Source: Eubacteriales Family XIII. Incertae Sedis bacterium (GTDB lineage: Bacteria; Bacillota; Clostridia; Peptostreptococcales; Anaerovoracaceae). Taken from it: a stretch of 64,000 nucleotides of DNA. Location: positions 833 to 64,832 of the forward strand of contig JAISED010000022.1 of the NCBI GenBank assembly GCA_031264295.1, read 5' to 3'. The notes beneath the pieces were generated by a model. The model was given only the letters and a program-made list of their open reading frames with translations. It did not search any database and was not told where the DNA came from. The translations under genes and the position numbers were made by a program. Shown here piece by piece: positions 54,509-63,030 of the stretch (the first letter of the stretch is position 1; each line of letters starts with the position of its first letter).

Positions 54509-57500
54509 ATGATCATGATAAACAAAAGAAGTACTGTTAGAATGACTGTTTCTCGGCGATTTTTCCTGCTTTTTCTCGCCTTTGTCCTAGCGGCGACTAC
54601 ATTTACCATTTACTCGGGATCTGTATTTGCGGTAACGGCGGCCGCAGGCGTTGACGCCTCCGTCGACGCCGAAGCGGGTTACGATATCGGAGCGGACGCC
54701 GATGTTGACGCCTCAGCAGACGCTGCTACTGCGGCGCTTGCGTCCGCCGGAGCGGCTGCAGGCGTTGAGCCGGCCGCAGGCGAATATGCATTTACATCCG
54801 CGATTGTGCTTGACGGGGACAGCCTTACCGACGGGCACATCCGTTCCAAGCTCTCTAACGGTAAATCCGAACCGGTTTCCGGCTTCTTCATCTTTGCTAT
54901 TTACGGCAATGACAGAAGACTGGTAAGGTCAGAAGCTCTTGACTTCACAGCAGCGCCGGGCGAAACGGCAAGCGCTGATTTCACCATACCGACTGCGGAC
55001 TATCCTTCAGGCGCATATACATACCGGACCTTCTGTTGGGACTACCGCGGACTTCCCCTGACCGAGAGGGGTTCCGTAGGTTTCGAATTCGGTCTCGTCA
55101 GCGGTGGCAATGCGGTTGACATCTATGTCGATGAGGGCGACTTTAAGGGCATAGGTCACGCAGCCGAGAATCTGCAGAGCGACATCGCGTCCATAACCGA
55201 TGTAACTCCTGCTTTGAAAGATGATGCCGCACAGCTGAACAAGACGGCCATAATAGCAGGCAGCATCGGCAATAACCCTGTGATCGACGCCCTAATCGCG
55301 GACGGGCGCCTGGACGTTTCCGAGGTGGAAGGCAAGTGGGAAGTCTATACCATAGCTGCCGTCGCCAATCCCGTGCCGGGTGTGGACAAGGGACTTGTCA
55401 TAGCCGGCAGTGACAAGCGCGGCGCCATCTACGGCATTTACAGTGTTTCCGACGCCATAGGCGCATCGGCGTGGACATTCTTCGGCGACTCCGTACCGGA
55501 GCATCAGGATAGCTTGGCTATTCCCGCCGATACTGTCGTCACCAAAGAGCCGTCTGTGAAGTACAGAGGCATTTTCATCAACGATGAGCAGCAGACTATG
55601 GAGTGGCTGCAGTTCCTGCTGGAAGACCCCGATAATAAGATGGAAAACCAGTTGGCTGTGCCCGGTTTCAATCACAATTACTACACGAAGCTCTTTGATG
55701 TGATTCTGCGGCTGAAAGGCAACTATCTGTGGCCTGCCATGTGGAACAACGCCTTCTTCTCCGACGATCCGCTCAACGGCGAGATTGCCGATGAGTGGGG
55801 GGTCGTTATCGGTATGACCCACCACGAGTTCATGTCCCGCTCTGACAAGGAGTGGAACTGGATGACAGCGGCGGAGTACGGCAGGAGCCTTACTTGGGCG
55901 TTCTATGACGCGATCGCGGACGCCGATCCCGCAGTAGACAGGGTTAACACGGGTTTCAACACGCAGGAGATCATTAAGTCGTACTGGAAGTCCGGCGTGA
56001 AAGAACGCGCGAATTATGAGCAGGTTGTGAATCTCGGTCTGCGCGGGCAGGAAGATACCGCAGCGCTGCCCGGCAGCGCCACCATGCAGGATCAGATCGA
56101 CCTGCTAACGAATGTCATTAACACCCAATACGGCATTCTTGAAGAGGTGGATGAGGAACTTACGGACGCCGGAACGCCTCACCGCGACAACCAGAAGTCG
56201 GTGGTATTGTACAATGAGGTCGATCGGTTCTACTACGCCGGGTGGGACGCGGAGGTTCCCGACGACGTCATCACCATTCTGGCCGGCGATCAGCACGGGC
56301 AGGTACGCACCCTGCCTGTGGACAGCGACCGCGGCGAGAACGCCCGTTCCGGCGGCTTCGGCATGTACTACCACATTGACTTCAACGGCGGTCCGAAGTC
56401 GAACCGCTATGTGAGCACCATGACCCTGGAGAAGATGCAGGAGCAGATGACCATGGCGTATGATTACGGTGTACAAACCCTGTGGGTGGTCAACGTCGGC
56501 AACTTGAAGTTCTATGAGACGCCTGTTGAATACTGGTTCAACCTCGCGTACGACATTGATACCTGGAGAGAAGCCGACGCGCCCGCTCGTATGTATGAAC
56601 AGTTCGCCGCGCGTGAGTTCGGCGCGGAAAATGCGAATGACATCGCTGACATTATCTTTGACTACACGCAGTTTAATACCCTGCACGCGCCCGAATGGAT
56701 TATGCCCCACACCTATAACGTGTACAACTTTGACGAGGGACAGCGGATGCTCGCCAGAGCCGAGGCGTGGATGGCAAAAGCCGACGCGGTTAAAGCGAAT
56801 ATCCGTCCGGAGCAGCAGGACGCGTATTATGAGATGGTATGGTATCCCGCATGGGGCACATACAATATCGTGAAGATGATGGTCAGCACGGCGCTCAACC
56901 AAAAATACGCCGCGCTCGAACTGCCTGTAGCAAACACCTACGCTGCTGACGCCCGAACCGCATTGGAAGCCGACAATGAGGCCATGCGCTATTGGCATAC
57001 CATCAACGGTGAAAAGTGGAAGGGTTTCTTCCCCATCGATCCGCCTCGGAACACCACGGTCATCCCGAATAATATCAGAACCGAGAACAATATCTACCAC
57101 ATCGGCATGACTAGCTGGAACCATCCCATGACGCAGTTCGCCTTCTCGGCACAAGCCACGAATACGACCAACCTGAAATCGGTAAGCACCGGCGAAGGGT
57201 CGGAGCTCATCGTCATTCCGCAGTGGCTGACAGGCAAGCCCGCAACCGGGCACAGCGCCGCAGTGGGGCAAACGGTGGACTTGCCCGCATTTACGAGCGT
57301 AGGCAACGAGACCCGCTATTTTGAAGTCGGCAATAAGAAAACAACAAACTTTACTTTCGAAGCCGCTGCGAGCGACCCGTGGATTATTCTTGATCGGACT
57401 TCCGGCGAGGTAGACGGACTCGCAAAGGTAAACGTTACTGTTGACTGGACGAAGATTCCGACCGGCGTGAGCCAGGCAAACGGCGTCATCAACGTCACAG

Positions 57501-58468
57501 GCGCCGGCGGCGCCGCCGCGCTGAACGTGACCGCTAAGGTAGAATCGGCGGCGGTTTTGAACGCCATACCGGCAAACGGCAAAACCTTTATTGAGACAGA
57601 AGGCGGCTATGTGTCCATACTGTCAAAGGACTATAGTAGGTCAGTAGCCGCGCAGAGCGGCGCGCAGTGGACCAGGCTAGCCAATACCGGCCGCGAAGGA
57701 TCGGCCATGAAGGTTCTGCCGAGCCAGATCAACGACACAGCCAGCGTTCCCGGCGTCGACTCCCCTTACCTGGAGTATAAGGTCTATATCAAGACTCCCG
57801 GCAAGATCGACATCGTCACCCAGTGGTCGCCGACCAACGGCACAAATCCATATTACTACACGAGAATGCGCTACGGCGTCTCCTTCGGAACAGCCGCCTC
57901 CGGTTCTGACACCGTGCAAACCGTACAGACCATGTCTCCGGTCTACATGGCGCAGAACACCAACGGCGCGACCTTCCACAACGGTGTAGTAACCGCGACG
58001 CACACGGTGTCGGCAAACGACTTCTCGGTCTGCTACTCACTGCACGAGGTTGACGAACCCGGCGTGTATACCCTGCGCATTTACCTCGTTGACGACGGCC
58101 TCGTACTGCAGAAGATTCTCGTCGGAACCGAGGCGCTGACCGACCGGGTAAACTCAGTACCGGCCGTCGGTTGGACACCTGCCGTCGGTGAGCACAGCGG
58201 CGTACTCAGGTGCGATCCTGAAACCCGCCTGATTTTCGACACCATAGACGGCACCGTTTGGGATAATCCCAATACACCGGATGTCGAAACGGCGCCGGTC
58301 AAAGAAGTATCGAACTACCGTGTGCCGGGCGCAAGCAGCGTACCCAGAATTTTCATCGCGCCGAATAGCAGCACGCAGAGTGTGAACGCGAACGTTGTGT
58401 CCCACCTCGGTCCGCCCGAGACGCCGTTTGTATCCTCAGCGCCTAGCGATGCGGAGCAGCTCGACTGA
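54509..58468 (+). CDS. Secreted GH115 xylan alpha-1,2-glucuronidase with N- and C-terminal extensions. The likely start is the ATG at 54515.
   Basis: It has a signal anchor (RRFFLLFLAFVLAATTFTIYSGSVFA). GH115-typical blocks are SVKYRGIFINDE and VILRLKGNYLWPAMWNNAFF..GMTHHE. AGGAGGG lies 7 nt before the second ATG. The 1,319-aa length compares with ~850-1,000 aa for characterised GH115 enzymes. Confidence 0.8.
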   Translation: MIMINKRSTVRMTVSRRFFLLFLAFVLAATTFTIYSGSVFAVTAAAGVDASVDAEAGYDIGADADVDASADAATAALASAGAAAGVEPAAGEYAFTSAIVLDGDSLTDGHIRSKLSNGKSEPVSGFFIFAIYGNDRRLVRSEALDFTAAPGETASADFTIPTADYPSGAYTYRTFCWDYRGLPLTERGSVGFEFGLVSGGNAVDIYVDEGDFKGIGHAAENLQSDIASITDVTPALKDDAAQLNKTAIIAGSIGNNPVIDALIADGRLDVSEVEGKWEVYTIAAVANPVPGVDKGLVIAGSDKRGAIYGIYSVSDAIGASAWTFFGDSVPEHQDSLAIPADTVVTKEPSVKYRGIFINDEQQTMEWLQFLLEDPDNKMENQLAVPGFNHNYYTKLFDVILRLKGNYLWPAMWNNAFFSDDPLNGEIADEWGVVIGMTHHEFMSRSDKEWNWMTAAEYGRSLTWAFYDAIADADPAVDRVNTGFNTQEIIKSYWKSGVKERANYEQVVNLGLRGQEDTAALPGSATMQDQIDLLTNVINTQYGILEEVDEELTDAGTPHRDNQKSVVLYNEVDRFYYAGWDAEVPDDVITILAGDQHGQVRTLPVDSDRGENARSGGFGMYYHIDFNGGPKSNRYVSTMTLEKMQEQMTMAYDYGVQTLWVVNVGNLKFYETPVEYWFNLAYDIDTWREADAPARMYEQFAAREFGAENANDIADIIFDYTQFNTLHAPEWIMPHTYNVYNFDEGQRMLARAEAWMAKADAVKANIRPEQQDAYYEMVWYPAWGTYNIVKMMVSTALNQKYAALELPVANTYAADARTALEADNEAMRYWHTINGEKWKGFFPIDPPRNTTVIPNNIRTENNIYHIGMTSWNHPMTQFAFSAQATNTTNLKSVSTGEGSELIVIPQWLTGKPATGHSAAVGQTVDLPAFTSVGNETRYFEVGNKKTTNFTFEAAASDPWIILDRTSGEVDGLAKVNVTVDWTKIPTGVSQANGVINVTGAGGAAALNVTAKVESAAVLNAIPANGKTFIETEGGYVSILSKDYSRSVAAQSGAQWTRLANTGREGSAMKVLPSQINDTASVPGVDSPYLEYKVYIKTPGKIDIVTQWSPTNGTNPYYYTRMRYGVSFGTAASGSDTVQTVQTMSPVYMAQNTNGATFHNGVVTATHTVSANDFSVCYSLHEVDEPGVYTLRIYLVDDGLVLQKILVGTEALTDRVNSVPAVGWTPAVGEHSGVLRCDPETRLIFDTIDGTVWDNPNTPDVETAPVKEVSNYRVPGASSVPRIFIAPNSSTQSVNANVVSHLGPPETPFVSSAPSDAEQLD

Positions 58469-58596
58469 TAATCAAGTATCCATATCGGCATCAAAGCCGA
58501 TGACGCCATCCTGAAAGCTATCACACATGGCGGTGATCTATAAATCGCCGCATTAACACAAAGCGCACTAGATGCCCAGCCGCGCTGAACTACAAC

Positions 58597-58622
58597 GCCG
58601 CGTCTAATTAATTAGACGCGGC
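58597..58622 (+). terminator. Intrinsic terminator after the GH115 gene.
   Basis: GCCGCGTCTAATT/AATTAGACGCGGC forms a perfect 13-bp stem, followed by GCTGTATTT. Confidence 0.6.
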
Positions 58623-58702
58623 GCTGTATTTCATGGTATAATTAGAGTGAATTGAGGACATCAAGTGTGAAAAATATCGGAGTTTCACTGTTCCGCCGGT
58701 GA

Positions 58703-59154
58703 AGGCGGCAGAATGGAGTTTTTTATAAAGGAGAATTGCGCAATGGTGAACCCGACGAGATTATACAGCAGGAAGACGGCTCCGTCATATGGATATATTC
58801 GGCGCTTGGAAGCGGTTTCAAGCTTTTACCGTCAGGCGAGCGTGTTGTTATTGATCCCGGATACAAGGCGGTATATTATTTCAACAATCCCTTGCCGAGA
58901 AAAACGACAATCTAACCGGCTTATATGCAACCATGCTGTATGAAAGCGCCGGAGAATCCTACGATGAGCTTATACCATACTTAGGTGTTCCGAACATCAC
59001 CGATGATATGGGCGACGGCAGTACATATATGGCATATTCGCTGAGGGAAGGACAGGGGCGAAACGCGTATTTTATTTTAAATGACAATAAAGTGATCTCG
59101 CAAGGCGTAATGTATGGAGATGATTATGCTGCATTATACGCCTATGGTGAATAG
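58703..59154 (+). pseudogene. Decayed gene of unknown function, with a frameshift in an A5 run and no intact start.
   Basis: Frame A (58703-58915) reads ..GELRNGEPDEIIQQEDGSVIWIYSALGSGFKLLPSGERVVIDPGYKAVYYFNNPLPRKTTI-stop. Frame B continues ..EKNDNLTGLYATMLYESAGESYDELIPYLGVPNITDD..YAYGE-stop (to 59154). Adding one A to the run at 58900-58904 would join them. The ATG at 58743, which has a good SD, is out of frame with frame A. Confidence 0.3.
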
Positions 59155-59261
59155 CGGCGGTGTAAAATATTTCTGGAGTGAAACTATGTCAGCCGAACAG
59201 TATTATTTGAATTCCAAAGGCAAATGGGCTATAATTAAATAACGAAGGGAGAGTGGAAACT

Positions 59262-59501
59262 ATGGATTATGTGCATCAAGTTATTGATAGTGATCGGTTG
59301 GTCGGCGCGCTTGATTTACCCAATACATTCAAGGGTCGAAAAGTAGAGGTAATCATATTGCCGGTTCAGGAAACAAATGCATTACGAAGCAGTGAAAAAT
59401 CATCATTCGGATGTTTACAGAAATACGCCCATCCGTCATTGGCTAATAAAGAGCGTGACGCATGGGAACAAGCAGTGGAGGAGAAACATGCAGATCGTTG
59501 A
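59262..59501 (+). CDS. Orphan type II antitoxin (AF2212/DUF104-like partner of PIN toxins).
   Basis: MDYVHQVIDSDRLVGALDLPNTFKGRKVEVIILPVQE fits the ..G.L.L....G.KVEV.I.P pattern of small VapB-like antitoxins. An RBS (GGGAGAG) lies upstream. Its 3' end overlaps the start of a PIN-like ORF by 14 nt. Confidence 0.6.
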   Translation: MDYVHQVIDSDRLVGALDLPNTFKGRKVEVIILPVQETNALRSSEKSSFGCLQKYAHPSLANKERDAWEQAVEEKHADR

Positions 59502-59535
59502 CGCCAATGTTGTGCTGCGATATTTGCTCAATGAT
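59488..59535 (+). pseudogene. 5' remnant (about 16 codons) of a PIN-domain (VapC-like) toxin gene, truncated at the 3' end of the convergent EamA gene.
   Basis: MQIVDANVVLRYLLND is the canonical PIN N-terminus, including the first catalytic Asp. From ~59530 onward the sequence is the reverse complement of the EamA gene C-terminus (..LLGRKRPHH-stop at 59528-59530). Confidence 0.5.
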
Positions 59536-60412
59536 GCGGGCGCTTGCGCCCAAGCAGGCTCTTTACATCCGTCTCCATATATAATATCCCTAAAATCAGC
59601 AGCACCGCGCCTATATATGCCTTCCCTCTGAGCACTTCACCGGCGAAAACGAAGGCGACAATGCCTGCGAACACCGGTTCGAGCGCGAATATTATACCCA
59701 CTCTCGACGCGTCCGTGTATTGCTGTGCCACCGCCTGTACGATAAAAGCTACGCCCGTGCAAAATACCGTCAGAAATAGCAGGGACGCCCATACCCCCTG
59801 CGCCGCCGGCAGATGCGGCTCCTCGAATATAAATGCAGACACAGTCATGAATATCCCAGTAAACCCGAGCTGGCAAACGCCTAACTGATACGCGTTCACA
59901 TCTTGCTTGTTTACTGCCTTTTCCGTTATGAGCAGATCGACGGCATAGGCAAACGCGCACATTATGCATAATATATCGCCCAGAGCCGGGCGCATATTCT
60001 CGCCCATCGTCAGCAGCGCTATGCCTACGAGCGCCATGAAAAGCACGGTGATGATCTTCTTCTCGGGCTTTTTGTGAAACAGGAAAAATCCGAGCACAGG
60101 TGTGATCACCACAGTGAGACCGCATAGAAACCCGGCGTTCGAAAGGCTCGTATACATGATGCCGTATGTCGCCCCTATGTAGACCACGAACAGTGCAGCG
60201 CCTATCAGCGCGCTAAACCTGATCGTCGTGCCGCTTATGCCCGCCAGCTTCTTGGGCGCCATCAAAAAAGCGATTACAAACGCGCCGGAAAAACGCAAGG
60301 CGTTCAGCGTCAACGGTTCCATCTCGCCCAGGCATATATCTGTCAACAAATATGAAATCCCCCACCCCAGCGTAACCAGAATAAGTGATATGTCAGCTTT
60401 TAATCTTGTCAT
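59528..60412 (-). CDS. DMT-superfamily (EamA-like) transporter.
   Basis: It is a ten-TM protein with two EamA repeats. The start is taken at ATG 60410-60412 (MTRLKADISLILVTLGWGISY), which overlaps the holA stop in an ATGA arrangement. Confidence 0.85.
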   Translation of the reverse strand: MTRLKADISLILVTLGWGISYLLTDICLGEMEPLTLNALRFSGAFVIAFLMAPKKLAGISGTTIRFSALIGAALFVVYIGATYGIMYTSLSNAGFLCGLTVVITPVLGFFLFHKKPEKKIITVLFMALVGIALLTMGENMRPALGDILCIMCAFAYAVDLLITEKAVNKQDVNAYQLGVCQLGFTGIFMTVSAFIFEEPHLPAAQGVWASLLFLTVFCTGVAFIVQAVAQQYTDASRVGIIFALEPVFAGIVAFVFAGEVLRGKAYIGAVLLILGILYMETDVKSLLGRKRPHH

Positions 60413-61482
60413 CCTTGCCCCCGTAATTTTGACGTGGCCTGAAGTATGAACATCTCCAGCGCCAGTTCCGATCCGAACAATCCCGTCTTCACATTGCGAT
60501 CTGCCTCGCATGCCTGTTTTATTATTCCCGCTAAATCGTTCCGAGAAAACCTCTCCGCGTGCCCGGCGACGATTCTCAGCCTGTACTCGTTCACTCCCAG
60601 CGTCTTCTGTATTTCCGAGCGCGTTTTACCCCTATCCATCAACTCCCTTACAGAAAGCATAAGATCAAACTGCGAAAATATCAGTCCGAGTATAGCGAAT
60701 TCATTCGTACCTGACGACAACAATATACGAAGCAATCTCAGCGCTTCACCACCGTCTCCGCAGCTTACAGCGTCAGTCAGCGCGAATACGTTGAAATTGA
60801 AATTCGCCGACATGACGGCGTTCACATCTTCCCTCTTGAGTTCAGCGCCGCCGCAATATGCGACAAGCTTCTCAATATCATTCTCTACATTAAATAGCGT
60901 GTAATCAGAATCCTTGTCCAGATATCCGGTCGCCGCGACAAAGTCCTGCATAACCTGCCGCGACGCTGTCAGGCGAGCCTGTTTTAAGCGCTTTTCTATA
61001 AACGCGTTCAAGAGTCCGCGATCCAGCTTCGTGAATTCATAGACACCGCCCTTGGCCGCCATTGTCTTGTAGATCCTTTTCCTCTTATCGACCTCATCCG
61101 CCGTTATGATCAGCAGACACAGCGGCGGCGTATTGCTGAGATAATCAACAAAACGCTCTTCATTGAAAGCGCCCTTGCTCCGTCCTGCCCCGGATGAGAA
61201 TGCAGAAAGCCGGTCTACAATAACCGTCTTCCTGTCCGCTAAAAGCGGCAATGTCTCGCAGCAGGAGATGATTTCCTCCGCGTCGGTTTCCTGCCCATCC
61301 AGCTTTTTATAGTCTATCTCCGCCATCTCCCGAGGCGCGTATTTATCCGCTATCGCCTTTGCCGCCCATCTGACGAGAAACTGTTCCTCACCGAACAAAA
61401 AAACGGGCGAAACCACCCCGTTCCCTGCCAAATCCTTCTGCAGTCGTAAAAAAGCGTGCTCATTTTTACCATAATTCAACAC
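60409..61482 (-). CDS. holA: DNA polymerase III delta subunit.
   Basis: The 357-aa protein has the N-terminal block PVFLFGEEQFLV..A and the later blocks ..LLIITADEVDKRKRIYK.. and ..NVFALTDAV..G.. typical of HolA. The start codon is TTG. Confidence 0.85.
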   Translation of the reverse strand: MLNYGKNEHAFLRLQKDLAGNGVVSPVFLFGEEQFLVRWAAKAIADKYAPREMAEIDYKKLDGQETDAEEIISCCETLPLLADRKTVIVDRLSAFSSGAGRSKGAFNEERFVDYLSNTPPLCLLIITADEVDKRKRIYKTMAAKGGVYEFTKLDRGLLNAFIEKRLKQARLTASRQVMQDFVAATGYLDKDSDYTLFNVENDIEKLVAYCGGAELKREDVNAVMSANFNFNVFALTDAVSCGDGGEALRLLRILLSSGTNEFAILGLIFSQFDLMLSVRELMDRGKTRSEIQKTLGVNEYRLRIVAGHAERFSRNDLAGIIKQACEADRNVKTGLFGSELALEMFILQATSKLRGQG

Positions 61483-61652
61483 TATAATACCCTTCTCGCC
61501 AACGCTTTAGATGTTTTAATACCAACAAAATAATTTTAATTCTCACTATAAACAGCTCTCAGTTTTCCTACAACATTATATCATCCGACAGTTGTTGTGT
61601 AAAGGAACGCCACTTTAGTAATCATTGGCAATACTGCTTAGCAGTAGCAGTT

Positions 61653-61698
61653 GACTCCGTCCTCTCAAAAAATTAGACTCCGTCCTCTCAAAAAATTA
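61653..61698. repeat. Perfect tandem duplication of a 23-bp unit immediately upstream of a consensus -35 box.
   Basis: GACTCCGTCCTCTCAAAAAATTA occurs at 61653-61675 and again at 61676-61698. Confidence 0.8.
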
Positions 61699-61701
61699 GT
61701 A

Positions 61702-61730
61702 TTGACAATGAATCCCTTAGGTAGTATGCT
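61702..61730 (+). promoter_or_regulatory. Near-consensus sigma-A promoter.
   Basis: TTGACA (61702-61707), a 17-nt spacer and TATGCT (61725-61730). Confidence 0.5.
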
Positions 61731-61736
61731 TAACTC

Positions 61737-61822
61737 AGCTGAATTAAGCTAAAAAAAACTCACAAAAGACATGTACTCAAACCGAAAGCCCGCAGGATTG
61801 GTGCCTGCGGGCTTTCATTTGG
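61737..61822 (+). ncRNA. Candidate ~85-nt small RNA, or terminated leader of the downstream lipoprotein gene.
   Basis: The interval is bounded by the promoter at 61702-61730 and the intrinsic terminator at 61785-61820. No convincing ORF or RBS lies inside; only a 28-codon ORF from 61771 without an SD. Confidence 0.3.
61785..61820. terminator. Intrinsic terminator hairpin, flanked by an A-run and a T-run.
   Basis: AAAGCCCGCAGG-ATTGGTG-CCTGCGGGCTTT forms a 12-bp stem, followed by CATTT. Confidence 0.6.
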
Positions 61823-61853
61823 GCTATCTGCAGAAGTTCTTGGTTGACAAATA

Positions 61854-62636
61854 TTGATTTTACTTGTTTCTGTAGTATTGTCCGGCTGCTCTGCCGCGGT
61901 CGTTCAGGATGGTGGCTACTATCAAAGCGATCAATATGGCTTTTCCGTCACCTTTCCTAATGGTTTTGCGGACTACTATCAGGTGGCGGACAATGACGGT
62001 TTGGGTGTAAAGTTCCTGTTAAAATCGCCGTCAAGCAGTGACAACCTGCTCTGCGTTGTCAGCAAGGAGTCGGTTTTCCAAACACGTTTTACGGACAAGG
62101 CGCCGGGTATCGAACTGGCTCGTGTGCGTGAGACGGACGCAGATGGTGTTGAAACAGAATACGTCTATGCGTTACGCTACGCAGGGGACAGCCAAGACGA
62201 AATCATGAATGCGAAATACGCTGAATTAACCGCCGAACTAGCTGCCGAGAACATCGTCTTTTCTCTGCTTGGCGATGTCATATCTCAAGTAATCACCTTA
62301 AATGATGTAACGGATGGTTCAAACCGCCAGCTTGATTGGCCATATCCCATCAAAGATAACGTTAACGAGGATGGCGTTTACTTTTACGAATTCCCGGCTG
62401 AAAACGGGCAGTTCTTTCTCGTATGGCAGCTGGATATAGAATACATAACTGCCGCTCTGGAAAATGGCGTTCTCAAGATCTGCGCTCATGGATCCGGAGA
62501 AACAACGCCCGGCGAGTACACTATGTACGAGATTTTACTGGATGGGGTTCCTATCACAAAGGATCAGATTCCATATACGGATATAGAGTTCTTCTTTCAG
62601 GGCAATACCGCCGAATGCAGAGATGTAACTTACTGA
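61854..62636 (+). CDS. Hypothetical lipoprotein; the 5' end may be damaged.
   Basis: It has a lipobox (VVLSGCSA). However, the signal peptide is only 12 residues and lacks a basic n-region. The start is TTG, there is no SD, and an in-frame TGA lies 9 nt upstream. The remainder is protein-like (260 aa). Confidence 0.55.
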   Translation: MILLVSVVLSGCSAAVVQDGGYYQSDQYGFSVTFPNGFADYYQVADNDGLGVKFLLKSPSSSDNLLCVVSKESVFQTRFTDKAPGIELARVRETDADGVETEYVYALRYAGDSQDEIMNAKYAELTAELAAENIVFSLLGDVISQVITLNDVTDGSNRQLDWPYPIKDNVNEDGVYFYEFPAENGQFFLVWQLDIEYITAALENGVLKICAHGSGETTPGEYTMYEILLDGVPITKDQIPYTDIEFFFQGNTAECRDVTY

Positions 62637-63030
62637 ACAAGAAATACAAGCAGTCACTAACGCCACGTTTGAACAGTTTAACTTTAATTCCCGGTTCGCT
62701 TTACTTCAACTATACTACACACGGCAAGCGGTCGAACAAATCTTCGATGTTGACAAGAACGACGTTAACCTCCTTCCGCCGCAGGTTCACGGCGAGGAGA
62801 TGTTCCGTGGGCATCTGCTGTTGGTTTTCCTTGCCTCAATCGCCCATTTGCTGCTTGCCGGGAAATTACGGAATTCCAAATACAGCGCCGCGCAAGCGCG
62901 CTACCACGGGGCTTCAGACAAGATAGACAAAGCGATCACATACAGGGCTGAAGACACCGTCAAACTCACGAAACTGCAATTTACAAGTACGTCGTTGATT
63001 TTGGTTGCTATTTTCATTTATGACCGATGA
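62629..63030 (+). mobile_element. 3' remnant of an IS4/IS1634-like DDE transposase gene (C-terminal ~90 aa only).
   Basis: The open frame without a start encodes ..SRFALLQLYYTRQAVEQIFDVDKNDVNLLPPQVHGEEMFRGHLLLVFLASIAHLLL.. It contains the Y-x2-R-x3-E-x6-K (YREK) signature of IS4-type transposases, followed by the typical GH(L/I)f..FLA block. Confidence 0.6.

Noticed and set aside
56105-57271. 388-aa minus-strand ORF inside the GH115 gene. Similar long antisense ORFs occur at 51020-51829, 50288-50986, 25437-26180, 26307-26939, 28392-29063, 31743-32408, 38398-39027, 42056-42712 and 43455-44096.
   Set aside because: All lie fully antisense to long ORFs with clear family signatures. Their translations are Arg/Gly/His/Val-rich with no recognisable motifs, no SD-start context and no signal or TM logic. 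This is the typical stop-poor antisense frame of GC-rich coding DNA.
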